Origin: Candidatus Hadarchaeota archaeon
GTDB taxonomy: Archaea > CAYQAE01 > CAYVLA01
NCBI GenBank assembly: GCA_964621445.1
Contig: CAZUNO010000003.1
Coordinates: 138,306-202,305, forward strand
Reading direction: 5' to 3'
Length of the DNA: 64,000 nt
The translations under genes and the position numbers were made by a program. Below, piece after piece: positions 1 to 10,092 of the stretch. The notes beneath the pieces were generated by a model. That model saw nothing but the letters and a program-made list of their open reading frames with translations. It did no database searches and was not told where the DNA came from. The first letter of the stretch is position 1. Every line of letters begins with the position of its first letter.

Positions 1-2
1 GG

Positions 3-533
3 AGCGATGATAAAGGGCTCTTGGCAAGGATTGGCCGCGAAACCCAGAGCATGCGTAACTTGCTCAGCCGTCCTCAAGCCCGTTTTTGTGTGACCCTGAA
101 CCCGCTATTGATAGCCAAATCGGCGTTTAATCTTGATTGCCATGAATTTATCCTGGATGATAGCAGAGGACTCCCCCAGATATCCGGTTCCGAAGCCGAT
201 ATTCTGGTGGAGATGAAGAGCCATAGGGATTTCGTGAAGAGGGACCTGCTTGGGAATTCGCCCTTTGTAGAGGTGCTCTTCGAGGTAAAGGAGGTCAAGG
301 TAAAAGGATTGCCTCGTCCCCCATCTCGTTCTCTTTGTGCGACCATCGACTCCATCATAGGAATAACTAGGGCTAGGCTGGCTCTTGAAAGGGAACTGGA
401 AATATATGAACAGCTGGCTAGGCAGGTAAGAGAAAATATTTCAAAAGCAAGGAGGTTAGGAACAAACCAGGAAGAGGAGGAGGCCCTCCAGCTGTGCGAG
501 GAAGAGCTGAAAGATATGACTAGAGAGGAGTGA
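3..533 (+). CDS. DUF447 family protein (Orf19-like, C1-cofactor cluster); probably 5'-truncated by the window edge
   Basis: Frame is open to the window start. It has TQSMRNL and PPSRSLCATIDSIIGITR segments and lies upstream of the DHPS-like and mptG genes. Confidence 0.7.
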   Translation, partial: SDDKGLLARIGRETQSMRNLLSRPQARFCVTLNPLLIAKSAFNLDCHEFILDDSRGLPQISGSEADILVEMKSHRDFVKRDLLGNSPFVEVLFEVKEVKVKGLPRPPSRSLCATIDSIIGITRARLALERELEIYEQLARQVRENISKARRLGTNQEEEEALQLCEEELKDMTREE

Positions 534-2095
534 GCATGAACATGCTCACTGATGAGGGGGGGAAACCGCTCATAATAACCGGAAGGATCTGCTATCCAAG
601 TATAAGTAAACTCACGCGCGAATTTGAAATCTCCATTTATGAGGTACCGATCGACGTCGCGGCCTTACTCACGGCAAATGATGTCATCGATGCCATGAAG
701 GATATTGACCTGGAGGAGATAAGCTACGTCATGCTACCGGGTATGTTCAGAGGAGACATAGACGCCCTCCAGGAGCGCTTTCAGATACCGTTCTTTCTAG
801 GTCCTACTAACTTCGTTGATATACCTCTAGTAGTAAGCGAAACCTCGATCGCCGAGCTATCAAAGACGGTCCCCGCCGATAGGCAAATAGCAGACCATAA
901 GCGGAAAGAGGTTCTTGGCTTCTACAGAGATGCACGCCGCAGGGAAAACCAATGGCAAGGGGAACCTCTCATTATTGGTCATGATGATAATGGGGTATCC
1001 ATAGGGAGAGGGTGCCCACCTGCACTGGTTGCCGAGGTCGTTGATGCACCAAGGAAGGATGTCAAGGACATCCTAAAGGAATGCAGGCACTACCTTGAAT
1101 CCGGAGCAGATATCATAGATATGGGGATGATTCCTCGGGAGGATAACTCGAAATGGATCACATCAACAATACCCGAGATTAAGGCCGAAATCCAGGCGGC
1201 CATCAGTATAGACACAATGTCAGAGAAAGAGATCTTGGCTGCGAACGATCACCAAGCGGATCTTATTCTAAGTATCTGTGGAAGCACCATTGATTTAGTC
1301 CCCAGCATCGACCTGCCCTTTGTGCTAGTTCCCGTTGATGATCCCCAAAGCAAACCCCCTGATTCCAGCCAAGCCAGAGTAGAGAAGCTAAAATCCTACC
1401 TAAAACTCATCGGTAACCGGAATGTAATCCTTGACCCTTTACTGGCACCAATAGGAACTGGATTCTATTCATCCATTAAATCGTATTTAAAACTGGAGGA
1501 GGAACTCCCGAAATTTCCATCATTAATGGGGATAGGAAATGTTACCGAATTAATCGATGTTGATTCCATTGGCATCAACGCAGTGCTCGCTGCTTTGGCG
1601 CTCAAGGCAAACACGTCATTGATCTTAACAACGGAAAACAGCCAAAAATGTAGAAACTCGTTATCGGAGCTCAGCACAGCTTTAGCGATGATCTATTACT
1701 CACAACAGAAAAAAATAGTCCCAAAAAACATGGGCCTTAACCTCCTTCGCTACAAGGAAAAGAGGAAAAGGATTGATCCCACACCTCTAGCAAAACCTGA
1801 AATCAAGGCAGGAAAAGGAAAGCAAAAAACGGATATTGATAGGAATATAAAGTTCCACATTTTACTAAGGAACAAAAGAATTCATGTACTGAGGGAGGGA
1901 GAGGGAGATAAGATCCATCTTTCGGGGAATTCCGCCATGGACATCTGCTTTGAGCTGGATAGGCAAGAACTATTGCCGGGACCAGCCCATTCCGTGTATT
2001 TAGGAAGGGAGCTGGCAAAGGCAGAGACCGCGCTAAAGACCGGCCGTAGCTACATCCAGGACCAGAACCTATTCACTGAGGTTGATGAGTCTTGA
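530..2095 (+). CDS. Dihydropteroate synthase-related protein (Orf20-like, H4MPT biosynthesis)
   Basis: AEVVDAP, GADIIDMG, SIDT, GNVTELIDVDSIGINA and C-terminal HSVYLGRELAKAE motifs. Confidence 0.88.
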   Translation: MSMNMLTDEGGKPLIITGRICYPSISKLTREFEISIYEVPIDVAALLTANDVIDAMKDIDLEEISYVMLPGMFRGDIDALQERFQIPFFLGPTNFVDIPLVVSETSIAELSKTVPADRQIADHKRKEVLGFYRDARRRENQWQGEPLIIGHDDNGVSIGRGCPPALVAEVVDAPRKDVKDILKECRHYLESGADIIDMGMIPREDNSKWITSTIPEIKAEIQAAISIDTMSEKEILAANDHQADLILSICGSTIDLVPSIDLPFVLVPVDDPQSKPPDSSQARVEKLKSYLKLIGNRNVILDPLLAPIGTGFYSSIKSYLKLEEELPKFPSLMGIGNVTELIDVDSIGINAVLAALALKANTSLILTTENSQKCRNSLSELSTALAMIYYSQQKKIVPKNMGLNLLRYKEKRKRIDPTPLAKPEIKAGKGKQKTDIDRNIKFHILLRNKRIHVLREGEGDKIHLSGNSAMDICFELDRQELLPGPAHSVYLGRELAKAETALKTGRSYIQDQNLFTEVDES

Positions 2096-3087
2096 AAACT
2101 GGAGTTCGGGTTAAAACCGGTCCAAGACTCCATTTCGGCTTGTTAGACCTATCCGGTGACATGGGCAGGGTGGACGGTGGAATCGGCATGGCCCTTCAGG
2201 AACCTTCTCTGGTCATCCAGGGTAGGAGATCGAGTTCCACGAAAAGCAACAAGTTCTCTAAACTGGTTGAGTATGCGGTTGACGCTCTAAACAAGCATTA
2301 TGATAAAAATTACAGCCTCGATATCCAGGTAGATCGATCTTACCCCCAGCACGTGGGACTGGGATCCACCACCCAGATCCTCCTCTCAATCTCATACATC
2401 TACAACTTAATTTTCGGACGAACACATAACTCGCGAGAAATGGCCAATTTGCTAGGGCGAGGTGGAACATCCGGGATTGGGGTAGCATCCTTTCGATCAG
2501 GAGGCTTCATACTTGATGCAGGTCATACCTTTGGTCATAACGGTGAAAAGAATACATTCCTGCCGTCGAGGGTTTCTAATTGTCCTCCTGCACCCGTTCT
2601 CTTTAGGCATCGCATTGCATCTGACTGGGTCGTTGATCTACTCGTACCCCTTGATTCCCCAGGCCTCTCCGGTAGACCTGAAGCCGAATTCTTTCAGAAA
2701 AAATGCCCAATTCCTCGGCCAGAAACCGATAGGATATCTAGAATAGTATTATCAATTATCCTTCCAAGCGTTATTTCATCTGATATTAAACGCTTTTCTA
2801 AAGGCATTAACCTACTTACAACGTTGGGATTCAAGTATCTAGAGATACAAAACCAATCTGAATACGTAAGGAATCTAATTTCCGATATTAAACTGGTTAC
2901 TAAAAATCAAGCAGCAGTTGGTTTAAGTTCATTTGGTCCAACCGTTTTTGTTATAAGTAAAAATAATTTAAGAATGAAATTCATTGATAAATTAAAGGAT
3001 CACATATCGTATATACAATCACAACATGGAGTTACTTACTACGTAACAAGGTGTAGAAATATTGGGGCTACTGTAAATGTATGGTAG
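2092..3087 (+). CDS. mptG: Beta-ribofuranosylaminobenzene 5'-phosphate synthase
   Basis: PRLHFGLLDL, HVGLGSTTQ, GRGGTSGIG, GGFILDAGH and GLSSFGPT (GHMP fold). Confidence 0.92.
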   Translation: MKTGVRVKTGPRLHFGLLDLSGDMGRVDGGIGMALQEPSLVIQGRRSSSTKSNKFSKLVEYAVDALNKHYDKNYSLDIQVDRSYPQHVGLGSTTQILLSISYIYNLIFGRTHNSREMANLLGRGGTSGIGVASFRSGGFILDAGHTFGHNGEKNTFLPSRVSNCPPAPVLFRHRIASDWVVDLLVPLDSPGLSGRPEAEFFQKKCPIPRPETDRISRIVLSIILPSVISSDIKRFSKGINLLTTLGFKYLEIQNQSEYVRNLISDIKLVTKNQAAVGLSSFGPTVFVISKNNLRMKFIDKLKDHISYIQSQHGVTYYVTRCRNIGATVNVW

Positions 3088-3275
3088 TTATCTTCATTGT
3101 TTGATTGTTTGACAAAGGAAACAGAACAACCTGAAAGAGGGGTACTATTGAGTTTTGTTTGATCGTTTGAATGATTATAGTTGTAGCTCCGATGGATATC
3201 TTGGAAAAGAGCATTTTCCCACCTGGTTTAGTTTTTTGTTTGTGTATGTTTGTTCAAATGTTCAAATGGATTGGG

Positions 3276-4376
3276 TTATCCCTTTTTGAAGGCTCTGGTA
3301 ATATCTTTGGAGAGAGTGTACTTGTTTTTTCTCCCGACTTTTTCCACTTGAACTGCTCCCATGTTACGTAACCTGTTTAGTTGGGTGTTTATGCTACCGT
3401 AGTTGTCAACGTCGAGTTCATCTAGCACATCCTTTATGAAGGCACCGTCGGGATAGTCAACAAGGGCCTGGATTATCTCACTTTGTTGTGGTGAGTATCT
3501 TTCTAGGATCTGTTCTCTCATTGGGCCCGTGTCCTTCTTCTTTCCTAGGTAATCAGCGACCAGATCGGCATCTATAACATCTTTCCCTGACCTAATAGTC
3601 TGGAAGACTAATTGAGCTGCTATGGTTAGAGTATCCCTGGGTACCCCGTTTGAGTGTGCATGGATCTGTTCTATCGCCTCGTCTGTGAAGGGAAGGCCAT
3701 CCTCTACTTCCTTCTCACCCCTGGCCCATGCTATTCTCCTGTAGATAAGTTCCTTTGTTTCTTCTAGGTCGAATGCCTCGAGGTAGATACGCATCTTTAT
3801 TCGATCCTCGAGCGGAGGAACTTTCTTCCTGATGGTGTCTAGAGCATCTTCAGTTCCCGCGAACACTATGGACCCGCCGGCATCGTGTAGGGTTCTCACC
3901 CATCGGGCAGCTGGTTCGGATATTTCCTGGAATTCGTCGATTAAGATAACGATGTTTTCTTGTTGTAGGTGTTGTGTTATGTTTGTTGCAATTCTGTCTA
4001 GCTCTAGGGCCCTGTTTCTGGAAAAGATGGAGGATAGTCTTTCCAGGATGGAGGGTGAGTGAACGTTTTGATGTATGTGCCGGAGCATTTCGTCGTGGGT
4101 AAGGGGTTTTTCTATTAGGATTACCTTTCCGCCATTTTCCTTGCGAAGCATGTAGTGAAGCTTCTTTAGAAATGCGCTTTTACCATATCCTATGGGGGAA
4201 AGAATGGATACCATGCCCTGGTTATGTTGAAGCATGAAGGTTGCTTGGTTAAGTTCCTCTTCGTATCTGGGAACATAAACGAATTCATTGGGTAAAGGAG
4301 TATTCAGAATAAAGGGTTCTCTTCCGTGAGTCCAGCCTTGTTTGTTATAGAACTCCTCTGTTATGTTGGTGTTCAA
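3276..4376 (-). CDS. ExeA/GspA-like AAA+ ATPase with C-terminal winged helix
   Basis: ExeA-like N-terminus (EFY..GW..EPF), Walker A SPIGYGKS, Walker B ILIDEFQ, HSNGVPR sensor, wHTH tail (YSPQQSEIIQAL..SINTQLNRL..KVGRKNKY). Confidence 0.8.
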   Translation of the reverse strand: MNTNITEEFYNKQGWTHGREPFILNTPLPNEFVYVPRYEEELNQATFMLQHNQGMVSILSPIGYGKSAFLKKLHYMLRKENGGKVILIEKPLTHDEMLRHIHQNVHSPSILERLSSIFSRNRALELDRIATNITQHLQQENIVILIDEFQEISEPAARWVRTLHDAGGSIVFAGTEDALDTIRKKVPPLEDRIKMRIYLEAFDLEETKELIYRRIAWARGEKEVEDGLPFTDEAIEQIHAHSNGVPRDTLTIAAQLVFQTIRSGKDVIDADLVADYLGKKKDTGPMREQILERYSPQQSEIIQALVDYPDGAFIKDVLDELDVDNYGSINTQLNRLRNMGAVQVEKVGRKNKYTLSKDITRAFKKG

Positions 4377-4493
4377 TTTCTACCACTGAGGTGCGTGCCT
4401 TAAGGATCGTCTTGTGCGGGTAAACCTAAACATCACTCTAACGTTTGCTGAACATAGATAACGTACGGCTTCCAATAATTGATAGGCAAATCT

Positions 4494-4512
4494 CGTTCTA
4501 ATAAAGCTTTTT
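4494..4512 (-). promoter_or_regulatory. Putative BRE/TATA promoter of the AAA+ gene
   Basis: Minus strand AAAAAGCTTTATTAG about 120 nt upstream of the TTG start. Confidence 0.45.
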
Positions 4513-4921
4513 GTTTTATTTGTTGGCCCATGTTTTAGTTGTTGTTGCGCTCTGATCAGAAGTTGTATGAATAGTTGGGTTTGTTGTTATTGTTGGGGTG
4601 CTTTGGTAGGCAATTTTGATAGGCCTGGATATATCCAAAAGCAGATGATAATGATTTCGTTTGGTTTGTTGGTCTATTGTGTTCCTTCCGTTATGCTTGA
4701 ATGTTTGGTGGGGTTTAACTCAGAGACCGTTGTTGGTCTTGTTGGAGTTAGTTATTGCTTACGTTAGGAGTTTGTATATGTTTGTTATTGATACGTTTAC
4801 CTGTTAGCTGAACCGTTTATTGATGCGGTATAGTTGTTAGGCAGGTTTGAATTTGTTTGTTTTGGTGTTATTGGCGGTGGATAATGGCTGTTTAATTTGT
4901 TGATTTGTTATTAAGCGTATG

Positions 4922-5851
4922 TTATGCTTTAGCTCGACCTATTAAATGGCGGGAAATTGCGCCAGTTACGTCAACTCCGGATGCCCTAGCGGTTGCTTCA
5001 AATGATGGAGAAGGGTTAACTTCAAGTAGCTTATGCCCTTCGGAAGTATCAAGAATGTCTACGCCGGCAATATCTAGATTAAGTACTTCTGAAGCCTTAA
5101 TAGCGTCTTCAGCCATCTCAGCGGGTATATATTGTTTATCCAGCGCCTCTGCGGTGGCACCAAGGGATATATTATGCTTGTATATGGAGCCCTGTCGCTT
5201 TATTGCAGCGATGATTTCATTACCAACAAGCAGTATTCTAATATCATATGAGGAAGGAATGTAGGGCTGGATCATGGCGGGTTGTTTGTTCATATGAAAG
5301 AGGGAAAGGGTGTCTCCTAAACAAACATCATCCTTAGCTAACATAACACCAATCCCACCAGCGCTTTGAAGGGCCTTGATTACACAGGGGGAATGGATAG
5401 TTGAGTTTGTTATATGTATGTTACGTATGGGGTTTGGTGATACGAAAAAGGGAACTATTGGTAAATCATTTTTAGATAGAATGGAGAGACAAAGATGCTT
5501 CCTGGCGCTTAGATATATGGAACGCGGATGGTTAATAACGGGGACTTGTTGAGAGGCAATCCACATGGTCTCAAAAAAGAATTGGAAACATCTAGGACCG
5601 TATTCCTCAAGCCATGAAGATATGGGCCTTTGGAAAATTAGATCAAAGGAGGAAAATGACATGTTTTCAACTTGGCCGTAAGCTAGGTCATTTAGGTCTG
5701 GAGAAGGGCCTGAACCGGTTTGAGGATGATTGATTAGGGAGAGCCAGGTGTCATTTGGACTGAAAACATCAAATTCGATGCCCAGGGAATTGAATTTTGG
5801 GGCAAAAAGGGATACTTCCTTTTTGTTTTTTGGAAAGTAGGCTATCCTCAT
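4922..5851 (-). CDS. RimK-family ATP-grasp alpha-L-glutamate ligase (Orf5/MptN/CofF-like)
   Basis: GGIGV, IQPYI..DIRILLVG, NISLGA, AGVDIL, LLEVNPSP; cofactor-cluster context. Confidence 0.85.
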   Translation of the reverse strand: MRIAYFPKNKKEVSLFAPKFNSLGIEFDVFSPNDTWLSLINHPQTGSGPSPDLNDLAYGQVENMSFSSFDLIFQRPISSWLEEYGPRCFQFFFETMWIASQQVPVINHPRSIYLSARKHLCLSILSKNDLPIVPFFVSPNPIRNIHITNSTIHSPCVIKALQSAGGIGVMLAKDDVCLGDTLSLFHMNKQPAMIQPYIPSSYDIRILLVGNEIIAAIKRQGSIYKHNISLGATAEALDKQYIPAEMAEDAIKASEVLNLDIAGVDILDTSEGHKLLEVNPSPSFEATARASGVDVTGAISRHLIGRAKA

Positions 5852-6443
5852 TGGAATTCCCTTTGATTTTATGTTATGACTTGTAGCATAACAAGAAGGG
5901 GGGGAAAAGTTATATGTGTTGTTATGATTAGAATAATGGAGTAAGAAAGGGGTTGGCTGATAACGGCAAGGTTAGAGATTTGGGTTAATAACAATAGGGG
6001 GTAAATGGGGAAATTACAAATAAATATTAATAAGATTGATTCCAAAAGTTATTAATCATTTTATTCAGCATTGGAATTAGAAGCCAGAAATGCGTTCATG
6101 AAGATATGAGATGACATTAATCCTGTATCTGGGACGTTGGAGATTATCATTTGCTAAATAAAGAAATCTAAGGGCCTGGCCTGCCGGTTACGGGCATTAA
6201 TTGTAAATCATAATAAGTCTCAAAAAGGGGGGTGGAAACGGAAAAAAAGAAAGAGGCATCTCGAAAAGGGGCAAAAGGGGGGTGCTAGTGTAACTATATA
6301 TGAATTAGGGCTGCAATAAGGTTTAATTAAAAAAATGGACAGCTATGGGGGCATAAGAGGAGTAATGGGAAGCAAAAAGGGGTTTGATGGGTAATAAGAT
6401 GGGTGTTAGGAGGGGGTCAAGGATGCAGGATTATTTCTAATAC

Positions 6444-7151
6444 TCAAATTAGGGTTTCTTTGAAACGATCAACCCTATGTGCCGTTATTTTACCGTTACG
6501 CCGGTCGTTAGATTGACAGGCAGCACCTCTGATACCTATAACATCTGGTGATAATGTTTTGAGTTGTTTAGAGTGATTCAGATTTAGGGAGCCGGCCAGG
6601 GCGGAGATCATATCCATTTCCTGGAGGTGGGAGATAAATGAACAGAGTTCATCATAAGCCATGAAGTCAAACAAACATCTACCATCTTTGTTTATTGTGT
6701 CGATAAGGACCCCATCAGCTCCAGATTGGGATGCCGCCTGGAGTAGGACCAGGGGGGAAATGGACCCAACAAGTTCCCAGTCGGCGTAGCCACAGGCTAT
6801 TACCTTAATCGAGGGATCGATTGATTTAACGATATCAACGGAGGGGGTGAGTAGGGCTTGGGCCTCGGATTGGGTTTTTGTACCAAAGAGACCAAGCTTA
6901 ACGTAATCCGGTGAAAGATATGCCGCCCCGGCGGCTGCCAAGCTGACGGTTCCGGGAAGATTTGGGAGATCACCTATAGCACAACTGGTTTCACTTGTTC
7001 CGTTTACGGCATCGATAATCCTAGAGGCCTTCTGGGGAGTTGGGGCTCCAAGAGAGCCCTCCGCGGGATTCTTTATGTCAACAATGTCGGCGCCACCCGA
7101 GATGGCTTCTGGCACCTCTTCCTCGTCTACAACGCTGACTAGTAACCTCAT
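6444..7151 (-). CDS. mfnB: (5-formylfuran-3-yl)methyl phosphate synthase
   Basis: MRLLVSV..EA..GGADIVDIKNPAEGSLGA, DYVKLGL, LIDT..KDG, ALAGSL, GIRGAAC. Confidence 0.93.
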   Translation of the reverse strand: MRLLVSVVDEEEVPEAISGGADIVDIKNPAEGSLGAPTPQKASRIIDAVNGTSETSCAIGDLPNLPGTVSLAAAGAAYLSPDYVKLGLFGTKTQSEAQALLTPSVDIVKSIDPSIKVIACGYADWELVGSISPLVLLQAASQSGADGVLIDTINKDGRCLFDFMAYDELCSFISHLQEMDMISALAGSLNLNHSKQLKTLSPDVIGIRGAACQSNDRRNGKITAHRVDRFKETLI

Positions 7152-7804
7152 GATGTGATGGTAGAGGATTCGCTATAAATATGAGTTCCATACGTTCGGC
7201 CGTTAACCAAAAGCTGATGAATTCGTTTTGGGTGGTGACCATTTACAATCCATGCCTCAAGTCCATGTTTCCTAAGAATAATCGGGAGATATTCGTCTAC
7301 CAGGGATTGACGGTGACCGGAGAGGTCCTTTGCTGTGAGGGATTTGATGATCTCTTTGGATTTTTGATTCGTCAGCCCATCAACAGATTTTAATAGAAGC
7401 AATTTGGAGTTTAGGGTATTGGCTAAATAAGCGGAGATTGTATCGGAGGTCACTTCCCAGCTTTGGGGAAGATCTGATTCCTTGATAGGCGAGTAGGGAA
7501 GAAAAATGGGGATCGGTTTGCCGGGTTCCGGCTTTGGCTGCGTCGATAGGCTAAAGTAATTCGGCCAGCTAGATTCAATACAATAAGCGTTGAGGTGCAT
7601 GGCAAGGATTGCCAGCCAGTGAGAACCTCTATTCCCAATACTGTAGTTATGCCCCAGTTTTCTGATTAGATCTGCATAGGAGCCCCCACCCGCTACAGCC
7701 GCAATATCTTTTATCTTATGGACATTCCAAAGCTCGCCGACTATTTCTTCCAGTATCTCACTTGCGTCATTTATGAGACTTCCACCGATCTTCACGACCC
7801 ACAT
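7148..7804 (-). CDS. mfnE: Amino-acid-kinase family protein, [5-(aminomethyl)furan-3-yl]methyl phosphate kinase-like
   Basis: VVKIGGSL, GGGSYAD, SHWLAILAM, LPQSWEVTSDTI, KSVDG; ATG overlaps the upstream stop. Confidence 0.82.
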   Translation of the reverse strand: MWVVKIGGSLINDASEILEEIVGELWNVHKIKDIAAVAGGGSYADLIRKLGHNYSIGNRGSHWLAILAMHLNAYCIESSWPNYFSLSTQPKPEPGKPIPIFLPYSPIKESDLPQSWEVTSDTISAYLANTLNSKLLLLKSVDGLTNQKSKEIIKSLTAKDLSGHRQSLVDEYLPIILRKHGLEAWIVNGHHPKRIHQLLVNGRTYGTHIYSESSTITS

Positions 7805-8865
7805 TACTTGGCCATCCTCCATGCCTCAATCGAAAGTGAAACCGCTGGAGCTGTAGTGCAAACCTCCTTTTCCAGGCCGGCAACATCCATGTTGAGTTCC
7901 TGGTTCACGAAATTTTGGAAGGGGATAGGTGTTTTTAATCCGGTCTTTAGGGCGGCTGGTTTGGCAAGACATTCAGAGCCGCTTCCCGCGATAATACAGG
8001 GAATCTCTGTCCCGAGTTTGGCTCTGTTGAGAACAAAGCCGATGGACTTCTCCACCCTTTCAATCTGTCTATTGCGAACCGAGACGGCGATTTCTCGGAT
8101 CTGGTTCCCATTAAGCTCTTGAAGGTCCGAGCACACGACTCTGGCCAGTCTTCTCATGCAGGCGGTAAGGTTTGTTCCCTTGCCATCAGCTGTAGGTCCG
8201 CCGTAATCACCTGGACCTAACAGACCGAGAATTATGTTGACATCGCCCATAGTTGCAAATTCCTCTGAAGCGCAGGGGATTTCACTACCACCCAAATTCA
8301 CCGAGTCCACTACTGTGGCTACGTTGGTCCTAGTCGAACCGGTGTATACCAGTTCCCGATTCTTGAGTCTACCTCTGTCCGTTGGGTCATTGACAGCTGG
8401 ACGTCCAGATAGGATGGGGATTATATCGGTGGTGGTTGATCCCGAATCTATTAGCAAGGACTGGGAGTGAGCTCTCCCTATCAGCAAGGATGTTGGGACC
8501 CAATTTGCTGCGGCGACTTCCAATGGGCGGGATATTGCTGTTTTGCCCTTAACCACCGATCCCGAGTTTAGGATGATTCTGGTTTCTGGCTCCTGTTCTA
8601 GGAGACTAGAAAGAACGAATTCTACTCCCTGCTTTTTTGATTGGAAGCAATCCGCGAGCTCCGCCGTCATGGTGGCCAAGGTTAGATGTGGGACAGCCTG
8701 GTAGGGCTCCAATAGCTTCTGAACTAATTTGGGGAAAGAGCGGTAGTTCTTCCAAAATGGATGGTAGATTGATTTTAGGTCACGGATTTCGAGCCCCTCT
8801 CCCCCATTTGAGGTTACTGCAATTTTGGTGTTTGCACCGCCAATATCTAACCCGATTGCTAGCAT
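7804..8865 (-). CDS. mfnF: Hydantoinase-A-like methanofuran biosynthesis protein (Orf9)
   Basis: GLDIGGANTK, TMTAELADCF, AAANW, DSGSTTTDIIP, ELVYTG..RT, TADG; start set at MLAIG. Confidence 0.88.
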   Translation of the reverse strand: MLAIGLDIGGANTKIAVTSNGGEGLEIRDLKSIYHPFWKNYRSFPKLVQKLLEPYQAVPHLTLATMTAELADCFQSKKQGVEFVLSSLLEQEPETRIILNSGSVVKGKTAISRPLEVAAANWVPTSLLIGRAHSQSLLIDSGSTTTDIIPILSGRPAVNDPTDRGRLKNRELVYTGSTRTNVATVVDSVNLGGSEIPCASEEFATMGDVNIILGLLGPGDYGGPTADGKGTNLTACMRRLARVVCSDLQELNGNQIREIAVSVRNRQIERVEKSIGFVLNRAKLGTEIPCIIAGSGSECLAKPAALKTGLKTPIPFQNFVNQELNMDVAGLEKEVCTTAPAVSLSIEAWRMAK

Positions 8866-10043
8866 TTGATGTGCCTCTCTGATAGCCATTTCTTTACACG
8901 GGCAAATCGTTGAGGTATCTCCATGGAGTCCTTGGCCCAAACACAGGTCAATACCTTGCTTTTTCCCTTCATATAGTAGGGACCCACAGGAAATGGTGGG
9001 GAAACTATCATCTTACTTTGAAACATCTTCTGGTGGATTGATTGGTCAAATGGGACGGTCCGGATTAAGGGTAGTATGGACCATTTTGAAAAGCCCTCAG
9101 TATCAACAGCGGTTTTCTCCCCGGTGATGATCGATGCCAATCCTTTCTGGATTATCTTTTCTATACCTATACATGATGTGGTCATCCTGGGATTTATCTC
9201 CATAAAATGAGCCTTGCCCTGACTATATACAAAGTCTAGGGTCATCAGGCCCTTAAGCTTGCTCTTTGTTACCATGGAGGAGATATCATCCCAAAGCCCA
9301 CGAACGGGAAGGGGGAATGGGCTGGAACCACCCAGGTATTCAAGCTCTTGAGAAGCCTGGATGGCTTGGGTGTTAATTGCAAGAGGAATTACCTCGCTTT
9401 CCATGGCCATGAAGGTCGCACTGAGGTGGCGTCCCTGCTTGAATTCCTGAATAATGGCAGAATTCCACCCGGAGCTCCTTAATTTTGCAGCTGCGCGTCT
9501 GCAATCGCTATTGCTTCTAACTATGGTTGTGCCCTCGCATCCAGCCCCGTCAGGGGGTTTTATAACCAGGGGTAAACCCATTTTGGGGATTGCCCTGGAT
9601 ATTTCCTTGGTAGTAGATTCAGTGGTTAAGGTTCTGGGCACGGACAGGAAATTGCATTGCTGGTCGACTAATTCAAATGAAGAGGGCTTATTCGCCAACC
9701 GGGAAACCGTTCCCGAGGGGCAGCTCAACAATTCCGTTTCCTGCTCAATGGCACGAGTGAGCTCGAGGAGTTTTCCGCCTGATTCTGGAGCAATTATGAA
9801 AGCGGCGTCGAAGCTAGATGAAGTCTCTGGGAGCTCTTCCATTGGGTTTTCCCGGGGAAATACCAGATCATAGATCGGTAAAAAACCGGCCTCTCTCTTT
9901 AAACTCTTATTAACTGCGGCGGTAACCTCGTGACCATCCTTTTTGAAGGATTCACATAACGTCCGGAGCATGCCGAACCCCTGTGGCAGAATGCTTCTCG
10001 GCCCGCCCTTGAGTGATGTCCATTCCGACAGGAGGAGCTTCAT
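8859..10043 (-). CDS. mfnD: ATP-grasp tyramine-glutamate ligase-like protein
   Basis: G..ML..L, IIAPESGG, KPPDGAGC, YLGG, EINPRMTTS; same operon as mfnF/E/B. Confidence 0.82.
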   Translation of the reverse strand: MKLLLSEWTSLKGGPRSILPQGFGMLRTLCESFKKDGHEVTAAVNKSLKREAGFLPIYDLVFPRENPMEELPETSSSFDAAFIIAPESGGKLLELTRAIEQETELLSCPSGTVSRLANKPSSFELVDQQCNFLSVPRTLTTESTTKEISRAIPKMGLPLVIKPPDGAGCEGTTIVRSNSDCRRAAAKLRSSGWNSAIIQEFKQGRHLSATFMAMESEVIPLAINTQAIQASQELEYLGGSSPFPLPVRGLWDDISSMVTKSKLKGLMTLDFVYSQGKAHFMEINPRMTTSCIGIEKIIQKGLASIITGEKTAVDTEGFSKWSILPLIRTVPFDQSIHQKMFQSKMIVSPPFPVGPYYMKGKSKVLTCVWAKDSMEIPQRFARVKKWLSERHIKC

Positions 10044-10092
10044 GGCTACGCATTTAATAGCGGACTTCTTTTAAATCTGGTGAGCTGGGACC

